Positions 16,560 to 24,313 of a stretch of 24,313 nucleotides of DNA are shown here, in pieces. Position numbers and translations under genes: made by a program. Under the pieces are notes generated by a model, which saw only the letters and a list, made by a program, of their open reading frames with translations, ran no database searches and was not told the origin of the DNA. This DNA is from a virus (Duplodnaviria > Caudoviricetes). The DNA lies in the IMG/VR virus record IMGVR_UViG_3300020355_000012, positions 1 through 24,313 of that record. One strand, 5' to 3'. Numbering within the stretch: position 1 is the stretch's first letter; each line of letters begins with the position of its first letter.

Positions 16560-17482
16560 TGGCATACTTATCACAATATGAATATTACGCAAATGCTGGT
16601 GGCACGCCAAGTAATGAGAACTGGGGTTCATACCAGTATATTTCTTTAAAAGATATTGTTACAAATTTTTTGCTAATGTATAATGGAAATCATGCGTTAG
16701 TAAATAATGTTAACAGATTTAAGATTTTATTTCATGCTAAGAGATCTATACAAGAGCTAAACTACGATGCATTCAAAGAAATAAAAGCATTAGAATTAAA
16801 AGTATTTGATGATTTAATATTTACACTCCCATCAGATTATGTTAATTGGGTAAGAATATCTTTGTATAAAGATGGTTATCTAAGACCACTTACAGAAAAC
16901 ATACAAGTCAATTCTGCACAAGCTTATTTACAAAGTTCTACCGGCACATTAAGTTTTAATGCAGACGGTTCAGTCGTTACAGCTCAGTCGAAATTAGACG
17001 AACAACGTATATCTGGACAGCAAGAGAGTATATATTTAAATCAAAATAACGATAATAGAACTATAAACGATCCTAGCGCTTTGGATCCCTACGATTTAAA
17101 AGATTATAACATAGGGGCTAGGTATGGTTTAAATACAGAAACTGCTAATTTTAATCCTACCTTTCGTATAGATAAAAAAGCTGGTGTTATAAACTTTGAT
17201 TCAACAATGGCTGGCGAGCAATGTGTATTAGAGTATATCAGCGATGGTATGGAGGAAGGAAACGATGCAAAGGTAAGTGTAAATAAATTATTCGAACAAT
17301 ACATTTACGCTGCCATTAAATATGAATTGTTAAATAACAAATTTGGGGTTCAAGAATATATAGTTAATAGAGCAAGAAAAGATAAATCAGCATTATTAAG
17401 AAACGCAAAAATTAGAATGAGTAATATTCACCCTGGTAGACTATTAATGAATATCCGTGGTGAAAACAAGTGGATAAAATAG
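16559..17482 (+). CDS. Second tail ring/structural protein
   Basis: 307 aa, with motifs LPSDYVNWVRIS and VLEYISDG. Coupled by a TAATG overlap and located between the adaptor and nozzle genes. Confidence 0.6.
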   Translation: MAYLSQYEYYANAGGTPSNENWGSYQYISLKDIVTNFLLMYNGNHALVNNVNRFKILFHAKRSIQELNYDAFKEIKALELKVFDDLIFTLPSDYVNWVRISLYKDGYLRPLTENIQVNSAQAYLQSSTGTLSFNADGSVVTAQSKLDEQRISGQQESIYLNQNNDNRTINDPSALDPYDLKDYNIGARYGLNTETANFNPTFRIDKKAGVINFDSTMAGEQCVLEYISDGMEEGNDAKVSVNKLFEQYIYAAIKYELLNNKFGVQEYIVNRARKDKSALLRNAKIRMSNIHPGRLLMNIRGENKWIK

Positions 17483-17483
17483 T

Positions 17484-20400
17484 ATGCCTAATACACAAAG
17501 AAATTTTGTAGCTGGAAGAATGAACAAGTCTCTAGATGAGAGACTGGTACCGAATGGTGAATACATCGATGCGTTAAATGTTCGTTTGGGATCTACAGAA
17601 GACTCCGAAATTGGTGCGGTAGAAAACTCCAAGGGAAACACTCAACTAACTTTTTTACAATATGAAGAAACCGGAAGCGGAGAGACGGCTACGTTTCTAA
17701 GTTCGGACGCTGTTTGTATAGGAACATTTGAAGATGGGCAAGAAAACCGTATATATTGGTTTGTCCACGACCCTAATTTTTCAAAAGGCTTAACAAAAAA
17801 ATTAGACTTAATTGTTTCTTTAAATCCTAATACTAACAATTTAGCATACCACGTAGTAAGTATAGATGATGGGTCGGGTGTTAATACAACTTTAAACTTT
17901 AATTCTAAAAATCTCATAACTGGTGTTAATAAAATTGAAAACCTTTTATTTTTTACAGATAATGTCAACCCACCTAGGTTTATAAATGTTCTTGAAAATT
18001 ACCCTAATCCAGAATTTAATCAAGATTTAATAACTGCAGAGCAGTTAATGGTAATTAAAAAGCCACCAGTTGAGTCACCAAAACTTACCCTTAAATTTCA
18101 AACTACCGCATTAGGTGATGATTTTTTAACTAACAGATTTATATGTTTTGCTTATAGATATCAATATAGTAATGGAGAGTTTTCAGCTACTTCTCAATGG
18201 TCAGAAATAGCTTTTGATCCTGGAATGTATTTTTATGATTTTGGCACAAACACTAACGAGGGTATGATTAACACCATATCTGGTATAGATATTGTTTTTA
18301 ACAGCGGAAGCGAGTTAGTAAAAGCTGTAGAGATACTATACAAAGAAAGTCTGAGCAATGTAATAAAAATAGTAGAAAAACTTGACAAGGGATTATTAGG
18401 ATATGCTGACAATACTGATTATAGTTTTGCATTTAACAATAGTAAAATATTTACAGTTTTACCTGAGTCGGAACTTTTAAGACTGTATGATAATGTGCCT
18501 CTTAGAGCTGTAGCTCAAACTATAATGGGCAACAGGTTAGTTTATGGTAATTATTTTGAGGGTTATGATTTGGTGGATTTATATACAAACCCTGTACAGC
18601 AACAATATAGAGCAGAGCTTATAGAAAAAGAAGTTGTTGTAACCGAATTGATAACATCTACTTCATCGGGCACTTATACTTATGGCAGTTCACAAACTAT
18701 TGCTGATTCTGTTTTAAATGTTCAACTAGGCAACCTGAATGTTTTTACTCAATTAGTGGCTGGTGCTTCTATCAATATAGAGTTTGTTTTTGAGCACTCT
18801 AAATATGACCCAACAGCTTCACAGCCCACAACAACTACAGATAACATAACCATACAATTTGCGTATAATTTACCTCGTGATTATACCTCAGTATTTGATT
18901 TAGTATCAGATACTGACTTTCAAGAAGCTATTGGAACTTCTACCAATATAAAACCAGTTTATGATGCAGCGGGAGCTAATTCATGTACTGGATTTACTTT
19001 GACTGATAATGTTAATTGTTTAATACCTACAAATCAGACAACGAGCACAGGTACAATAAGCAAATATGCTAGTGGTATTACATCAAGCACACCTACAGGT
19101 GGTGAGCCTATTGCCATACTAAACAACACCCCGGGCTCTACAAGTATTAATTTACAATTACCGGCGATGAGGTATGTTGCTGATCCAGCTAGTCCAGCGG
19201 CAGGATTTTATGAATATTACAAAATTGTTTCTTCAACTGCTACTTATAATTCTACTAGCACACCTAAAAGTTTACATAGTAATAGAGGATATGAAATAGG
19301 TATTGTTTACATGGATGAGTTTTTAAGATCATCGACTGCCTTGACAAGCACAAATAATACAGTATATGTTCCATGTCGAGCATCAAGAAATCAAAATGCA
19401 ATCCAAGTTACTATACCTTTTGGACAAAGAGCGCCATCTTGGGCAAGGTTTTATAAGTTTTGTATAAAACCAGATAAAAGCACATATGAAACTATATATT
19501 CTGAAAAATATTTTGAGGACCCTGACAGCAATAGCGTATTCTTTTTATTAGAAGGTGAGAACGCAGCAAAGGTAGAATCTGGCACTAGGCTTGTTGTAAA
19601 AAGAGATAGTGGAGGCGCAGTAGAGCAATGTGTGATTGCTACAATAACAGATAAAAGCACGAAGCCATCTAACTTTTTAAAAATTAGAAACCCTAACGAT
19701 ACTACAACGTATGCGACTGAACCACCACAGGATCCTTTTGAGGTTGGATATTATATTCCCATACCAGCGGGAGCTTACGCAGAAATAGTACCATCTGGAT
19801 TTAATATTTCACAAGAACAAACCGTAGGCGGAAATGTAGTTTATTACCCACCCCAAAGAACAACATTTCCAGCATTAAATAAATCTAGAGGTTATCCTAT
19901 AGGTAGGGCTAGAGTTAATATAATCAACCCGAACCCTGATTATGCAAGCGCCGTGCCTACTCAGTATAAATATTTTGATTATACTATACCTGTAAATAGT
20001 GTAATAACTATTAGAGTTTATCAAAATCGAGAAGGAGGTAATCGTAAAAAAGGTAGAGGTTGTGAATTTAGACGAAACTTATATGAATCACCTGAACTGG
20101 TATCGCAAGCTAATTATGATAATTTTTATCAGTGGTTTAACGGAGACAATATCGCAAATAAATTAATAGCAGAAAGTCAAACGGAAGTAGGAGGCGGAGG
20201 AACCATAGGAAATGTGTATAATACAGCTTTACTTACTGGTGCAGCTACAGAACCAGAAAAAACTATAAATGATGGCAACGCAGGTATTTTAAGCCCTGGC
20301 AATCCATCCACTTCAACCATATTAGTCGCTCAAGACACAAACTATTATCAGTTTTATAGAAGTGATCCCGCAGCTGGTGGCGATAATTCATTATGGTTTG

Positions 20401-23264
20401 TAGCTACTGGCACATTAAGCTGTAAAAGTTTTGCTGGCATCGGCGGTCACGCATCTAATGTTGAAATAGAAATAACAGTAGAGAGAGCTAATCAAGCAGG
20501 TGTTGTAGTTTTTGAAACAGAACCTTCAGATGCGTCACCTGACATATGGTTTGAGAATGATTTGTCTTTTAAAATTAGTAATGTGGGTGAGCATTTTGGA
20601 AACGTACAAAACCAAAACATACAAACAGCTACCCCAGCTATTATAGACACTGGTTTTTTTGACTGCTTTACTTTTGGTAATGGAGTTGAAAGTTACCGTA
20701 TAAGAGATTCTTTAAAAGGTGAAGCCTTTACATATGGAAACAGAGTAACAACCACTGCAGCTCAAGAATACAAAGAAGTACATAGATTTGCTGATTTGAC
20801 ATATAGCGGAGTTTTTAACAATGAAAGTAATGTAAACAAACTTAATGAGTTTAATTTAGGATTATTAAACTTTAAAAATTTAGAGGAGTCTTTTGCATCC
20901 ATACAAAAAACTGTAGCAAGACAAACAGACATATTGGTATTACAAGAAGATAGAATATCTTATGTTCTAGCTGGTAAAGATTTATTATCTGATGCTGGAG
21001 GTGGAGGCGCTTTAACATCGGTCCCAGAAGTTTTAGGACAACAAATAGCAAGACTTGAAGAGTTTGGTATTAGTAGAAATCCAGAAAGCTACGCAGAGTT
21101 TGGTGCTGATAAGTTTTTTACTGATGAGCAAAGAGGCGCAGTCATTCAACTAAAAGGTGGGGCATATAACAATGAATCTCTTACCGTTATCTCTGAAGCG
21201 GGCATGAGATCTTATTTTAGAGATTTGTTTCATAGCACTTTTGATCAGCAAAAAGTAGGAGGTTTTGATCCTTACATGAACGAATATGTATTATCCTCCA
21301 ATAGCAATCGATTACCTTTTGTTGGTGAATGTGATTTATGTGGAACTAGTAGAGATATACAATTACAACCAAACACTCCATTTACATTTTGTGTTAATGT
21401 AACTCAAGAAGTAGGTACTGTTAATATAGATTATGTTTTACCAAGTGGCGGAAATAACAATATAGTTACTGAAGATGGTACGGGTACAACAAATGAAATA
21501 ATGCACACAGAGGTTAATTCAGCAGCTCCAAGTGGATCTGATATTGTTACTGAGGATGCAACATCCAATAATTCATATACCATCACAGTTTTGTATAATG
21601 GTAACAGCTTTACAACTGGTGCAGTTACTGCAAGCGGTACTTTACAAATCGACAAAAATTCAGTTTATGCTGATATAGTTGCTATAACCGTTTCATCAAA
21701 TGCAATTACTACTGATAGCGTAGAGATTACAACATTTTGTCCTGAACCAGATCAAATAACTATAACACAAGTATCAATAACAAGTAATGCAGAAAGAGGT
21801 TTATTTATACATAATGAGTATAGATGGAAAGACGGATTGTTTGAATCACCTTTACATTCTGAGTTAGTCGAGTTTAACAACGGCACTCAGTATCCTTTAT
21901 TATCTCAATATGTGGAGCTCACGGGTTCTCAGGGTGCTGGAGTTATACCAGATGATGGAGCAGAGGTTACTATAATTAGCAACAAAATTGACTTTGATGA
22001 TTTTGAATTTGATTATAATACTAATAATTTTAGATATCTAAGAACTGCTACTTATTATGGTAAGACTACAACCGATTTAGCAGCTTTATTAGCTGCGGCA
22101 ACTAAAGCTACACCAATAAATACGAGATTTGCCCCACAGTTTTCAGCACAATTTACTATGCCTGCTGGAACTGCAACAGAAAAATTTTTATATCTAATTT
22201 GGGATTATAGAAAGTCTACAAGAATACAAGCTTGTTATTCAAGTGTATCAAGCACAGATGCGTGTTGCACATGTGCAGTTGAACCAACTCCAACAGCTAC
22301 ACTTACGCCAACAGCAACACCGTATCAGTGTTATAAATATGAGTTAGAGATGCCTGGTACTTGCGCTGCATATGCAATTATACCGGTTTTCAATACTACT
22401 TCTGTAGTTTCCTATACTGACTGTCAAGGGTCGTTAGTAAATGTTAGTGTCGATTACCCAGAAATACTAGACGTATACGCTCAAACAGGTACTGTTTCTG
22501 CAACGGCAGGTGCAACTATACAACTTTTAACGGCAAATGTTGGAGGTAGTGTAGGTACCTTCTTTTGGACTGGATGTGATGGAACGCCTATTACTGAGAC
22601 TGTTCAACCTGGTGCATCTAATAAAATTACAAGATGCGCAATAGATACACCGCAACAGCCGGTAGGTCAATCTGGAACTATAACACAAATTTCAACATGT
22701 GGACTTGTATTTTATAAAGCGCAAATGTGTGGCACAAACACGGATGTATTTTTGCAGGGTCAGTCAAGTATTGGTACATTTAATTTAGGTGATGTTGTAC
22801 AATTTACACCTATAAATACAGATTCAATTACAACGGGTAATCCTACTGAAACACTTTGTGCTACAATAAGCACTGTAGGAATTGGAAACGGACAAGATGG
22901 TGTAATTAATTTACAAGCGTCTGGATGTGGCGACCAAACAAATTGTCCCCAACCAGTTACAGTGTACAAATGGAGATTTAATTTCATAAGACAAGACGGA
23001 GGTAGTGTGACGCCATTGACTTGTCAAACACGAGAATTTTGCCAGGATTTTGTTTATACAACTGCATCTAGTTTTAGCACAACAACCCCTGGATTCACCA
23101 GATTTTATCTAGATATTAATTTAACTATCCCATTTGTAGGTGCTAATAAATATTATGCAGCTAGAGTCCCAGCAGCAGGTGAAACCATAGCTACTGTAGG
23201 ATTTTCAGAAGGCAAATTGCAGATGGATTCTAATGGTTTCGTAACCGAACTTATAATATGTTAA
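17484..23264 (+). CDS. Tail nozzle/stabilisation (muzzle)-like protein with a long Cys-rich C-terminal extension
   Basis: 1926 aa. N-terminus F.AGRMNKSLDERLVPNGEYIDALNVR, then LFFTDNVNPPRFIN, FAYRYQY, GNRLVYGNY, GNGVESYRIRD, EFGISRNPES and GGFDPYMNEYVLS, as in crAss-like beta-propeller tail proteins (P22 gp10-like). About 650 extra Thr/Cys-rich residues follow. Confidence 0.75.
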   Translation: MPNTQRNFVAGRMNKSLDERLVPNGEYIDALNVRLGSTEDSEIGAVENSKGNTQLTFLQYEETGSGETATFLSSDAVCIGTFEDGQENRIYWFVHDPNFSKGLTKKLDLIVSLNPNTNNLAYHVVSIDDGSGVNTTLNFNSKNLITGVNKIENLLFFTDNVNPPRFINVLENYPNPEFNQDLITAEQLMVIKKPPVESPKLTLKFQTTALGDDFLTNRFICFAYRYQYSNGEFSATSQWSEIAFDPGMYFYDFGTNTNEGMINTISGIDIVFNSGSELVKAVEILYKESLSNVIKIVEKLDKGLLGYADNTDYSFAFNNSKIFTVLPESELLRLYDNVPLRAVAQTIMGNRLVYGNYFEGYDLVDLYTNPVQQQYRAELIEKEVVVTELITSTSSGTYTYGSSQTIADSVLNVQLGNLNVFTQLVAGASINIEFVFEHSKYDPTASQPTTTTDNITIQFAYNLPRDYTSVFDLVSDTDFQEAIGTSTNIKPVYDAAGANSCTGFTLTDNVNCLIPTNQTTSTGTISKYASGITSSTPTGGEPIAILNNTPGSTSINLQLPAMRYVADPASPAAGFYEYYKIVSSTATYNSTSTPKSLHSNRGYEIGIVYMDEFLRSSTALTSTNNTVYVPCRASRNQNAIQVTIPFGQRAPSWARFYKFCIKPDKSTYETIYSEKYFEDPDSNSVFFLLEGENAAKVESGTRLVVKRDSGGAVEQCVIATITDKSTKPSNFLKIRNPNDTTTYATEPPQDPFEVGYYIPIPAGAYAEIVPSGFNISQEQTVGGNVVYYPPQRTTFPALNKSRGYPIGRARVNIINPNPDYASAVPTQYKYFDYTIPVNSVITIRVYQNREGGNRKKGRGCEFRRNLYESPELVSQANYDNFYQWFNGDNIANKLIAESQTEVGGGGTIGNVYNTALLTGAATEPEKTINDGNAGILSPGNPSTSTILVAQDTNYYQFYRSDPAAGGDNSLWFVATGTLSCKSFAGIGGHASNVEIEITVERANQAGVVVFETEPSDASPDIWFENDLSFKISNVGEHFGNVQNQNIQTATPAIIDTGFFDCFTFGNGVESYRIRDSLKGEAFTYGNRVTTTAAQEYKEVHRFADLTYSGVFNNESNVNKLNEFNLGLLNFKNLEESFASIQKTVARQTDILVLQEDRISYVLAGKDLLSDAGGGGALTSVPEVLGQQIARLEEFGISRNPESYAEFGADKFFTDEQRGAVIQLKGGAYNNESLTVISEAGMRSYFRDLFHSTFDQQKVGGFDPYMNEYVLSSNSNRLPFVGECDLCGTSRDIQLQPNTPFTFCVNVTQEVGTVNIDYVLPSGGNNNIVTEDGTGTTNEIMHTEVNSAAPSGSDIVTEDATSNNSYTITVLYNGNSFTTGAVTASGTLQIDKNSVYADIVAITVSSNAITTDSVEITTFCPEPDQITITQVSITSNAERGLFIHNEYRWKDGLFESPLHSELVEFNNGTQYPLLSQYVELTGSQGAGVIPDDGAEVTIISNKIDFDDFEFDYNTNNFRYLRTATYYGKTTTDLAALLAAATKATPINTRFAPQFSAQFTMPAGTATEKFLYLIWDYRKSTRIQACYSSVSSTDACCTCAVEPTPTATLTPTATPYQCYKYELEMPGTCAAYAIIPVFNTTSVVSYTDCQGSLVNVSVDYPEILDVYAQTGTVSATAGATIQLLTANVGGSVGTFFWTGCDGTPITETVQPGASNKITRCAIDTPQQPVGQSGTITQISTCGLVFYKAQMCGTNTDVFLQGQSSIGTFNLGDVVQFTPINTDSITTGNPTETLCATISTVGIGNGQDGVINLQASGCGDQTNCPQPVTVYKWRFNFIRQDGGSVTPLTCQTREFCQDFVYTTASSFSTTTPGFTRFYLDINLTIPFVGANKYYAARVPAAGETIATVGFSEGKLQMDSNGFVTELIIC

Positions 23265-23269
23265 ATTTG
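23262..23269 (+). promoter_or_regulatory. Candidate -7 promoter element overlapping the stop codon of the 1926-aa gene
   Basis: TAAATTTG, an exact TAnnTTTG match, 4 nt before the ATG at 23274. Would imply a nearly leaderless mRNA; may be chance. Confidence 0.35.
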
Positions 23270-23273
23270 TAAT

Positions 23274-24313
23274 ATGGGAGCAGCTGCAACGTTTTATATA
23301 GACAATCCTAGTTTTGAAAAAGCAACAACTGTTTTTTCAGACGCAGCTTTGACTACGTGTGCACCAAATGGTTTTTATCAGATGGGGGGTATTGTAAGAG
23401 AGCAGGTAGACTGTGTGGCTGGTTTGGGAGGTCGACTTTTACCTGCAGAAGACTGCCCTTCCTGTGGAGCACCTCCAACAACTGCGCCTCCTTTACCAAC
23501 GCCAGCGCCTCAAACAACGCCGCCTATAACGCAACCTCCTCCAGATCCTTTATATTACAAGCTTATATCTTGTCCTACAACATCATCAGGTGGAGGTGGA
23601 ACATTAAAATATACTGACATAACACCAAGCACCTCTTCGGCAAATCAAAGGTATCAAGACAGCACGCAAGACCCAGCCATATTTTATACATATGATGGTA
23701 GCGCTGGTATTTCCAATCCACCACCAAATACAATTGACAGAAATATACAAATAGTCCCTGGAGTATTTAATTGTCCTACGTTACTTCCTGTATACAATTT
23801 TTATAATGCCATATTATGTAATAACGTAGACTCAATTATAGTGAGATCACCAGAGGGGACAACCTTTGTAGCTGGACAAGTTGTGAAAGTTATAGGATCT
23901 ACACTATGTTATGAAATTAGGACTATAGCGGCACAAACATCCATATATCGAGATTATGACACTAGTATTCCTCCTTATCCTAACTGCGAGGCATGTGATC
24001 CAACTCCTTTAGAGCCAAACGGTTTTCGTATTACAAAACCTGGTGCGCCAGACAACGAAGTGCTTCAAGACACTAACAACCCTAGAAGTCAAGGAGAGCG
24101 AATATTGACAAGTTTTGATTTACAAGATTGTTGGACACTTCAAGAGCCAATCATAACTGTAACTGCTAATTTTATAAGAGATGATTGTCCTCCCGATTTA
24201 CAGTGTACACTTACTATTTTGTATGGCGGACCAAGTGGTGGTACGTTTAGCGCTACAGAATGTAATGGAACGCCTTTGAACACAATAGCTCTTTCTCCGA
24301 ATGAAGAACGAAG
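23274..24313 (+). CDS. Cys- and Pro/Thr-rich virion protein (tail appendage-like), truncated by the window end
   Basis: Manual translation is open for 346 codons to the window end: MGAAATFYIDNPSFEKATTVFSDAALTTCAPNGFY...CPSCGAPPTTAPPLPTPAPQTTPPITQPPPDPLYYKLISCP... with 14 Cys. Missing from the ORF track, presumably because it has no stop codon in the window. Confidence 0.85.
   Translation, partial: MGAAATFYIDNPSFEKATTVFSDAALTTCAPNGFYQMGGIVREQVDCVAGLGGRLLPAEDCPSCGAPPTTAPPLPTPAPQTTPPITQPPPDPLYYKLISCPTTSSGGGGTLKYTDITPSTSSANQRYQDSTQDPAIFYTYDGSAGISNPPPNTIDRNIQIVPGVFNCPTLLPVYNFYNAILCNNVDSIIVRSPEGTTFVAGQVVKVIGSTLCYEIRTIAAQTSIYRDYDTSIPPYPNCEACDPTPLEPNGFRITKPGAPDNEVLQDTNNPRSQGERILTSFDLQDCWTLQEPIITVTANFIRDDCPPDLQCTLTILYGGPSGGTFSATECNGTPLNTIALSPNEER

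Noticed and set aside
1445-22987. The many 60-121 aa minus-strand ORFs in the supplied track
   Set aside because: All lie largely antisense to long, coherent + strand genes and have no recognisable motifs. They are best explained as shadow ORFs.
23357-23617. 86-aa ORF listed in the track
   Set aside because: It is an out-of-frame shadow of the longer ORF that starts at ATG 23274 and runs off the window end.
1-24313. Stop-codon reassignment, as known in some crAss-like phages
   Set aside because: Genes are full length in the standard code, and TAA, TAG and TGA all end genes at sensible boundaries (for example TAG at 14905 before a terminator, and TGA in ATGA overlaps).
1-24313. CRISPR array, tRNA or rRNA genes
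   Set aside because: Intergenic gaps are at most about 105 nt, with no regularly spaced repeats or cloverleaf-like sequences seen by eye.

Overview
This AT-rich window is a continuous, entirely + strand virion morphogenesis and lysis region of a tailed dsDNA phage. Gene order: partial tail-associated gene, two large tail fibre/adhesin genes with LamG-like domains, a lysis cassette (membrane proteins plus a peptidase M15A endolysin), a small basic protein, a tandem GroES-like protein, a 2OG-Fe(II) oxygenase, probable small terminase, large terminase, portal (811 aa), acidic scaffold-like protein, major capsid protein (484 aa), two ring/tail-tube-like proteins, a 1926-aa tail nozzle/stabilisation-like protein and a truncated Cys/Pro-rich protein. 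Protein sizes, motifs and order resemble crAss-like (Crassvirales-related) podoviruses. TAnnTTTG (-7) promoter elements and AT-rich leaders without Shine-Dalgarno sequences point to a Bacteroidota host, probably an aquatic flavobacterium (inference; no database search was run). I read five ORFs missing from the supplied track: 1-174, 4700-4774, 4758-4916, 5836-5973 and 23274-end. Most notable observations: a complete His/Cys/His/Met type-1 copper (cupredoxin-like) motif in a tail fibre, a circularly permuted LamG domain inserted into a fibre repeat, a repeated 33-nt promoter/leader element, a candidate ~70-nt small RNA complementary to ATGAAAAAA-type start regions, and Cys-paired modules shared between adjacent tail genes.
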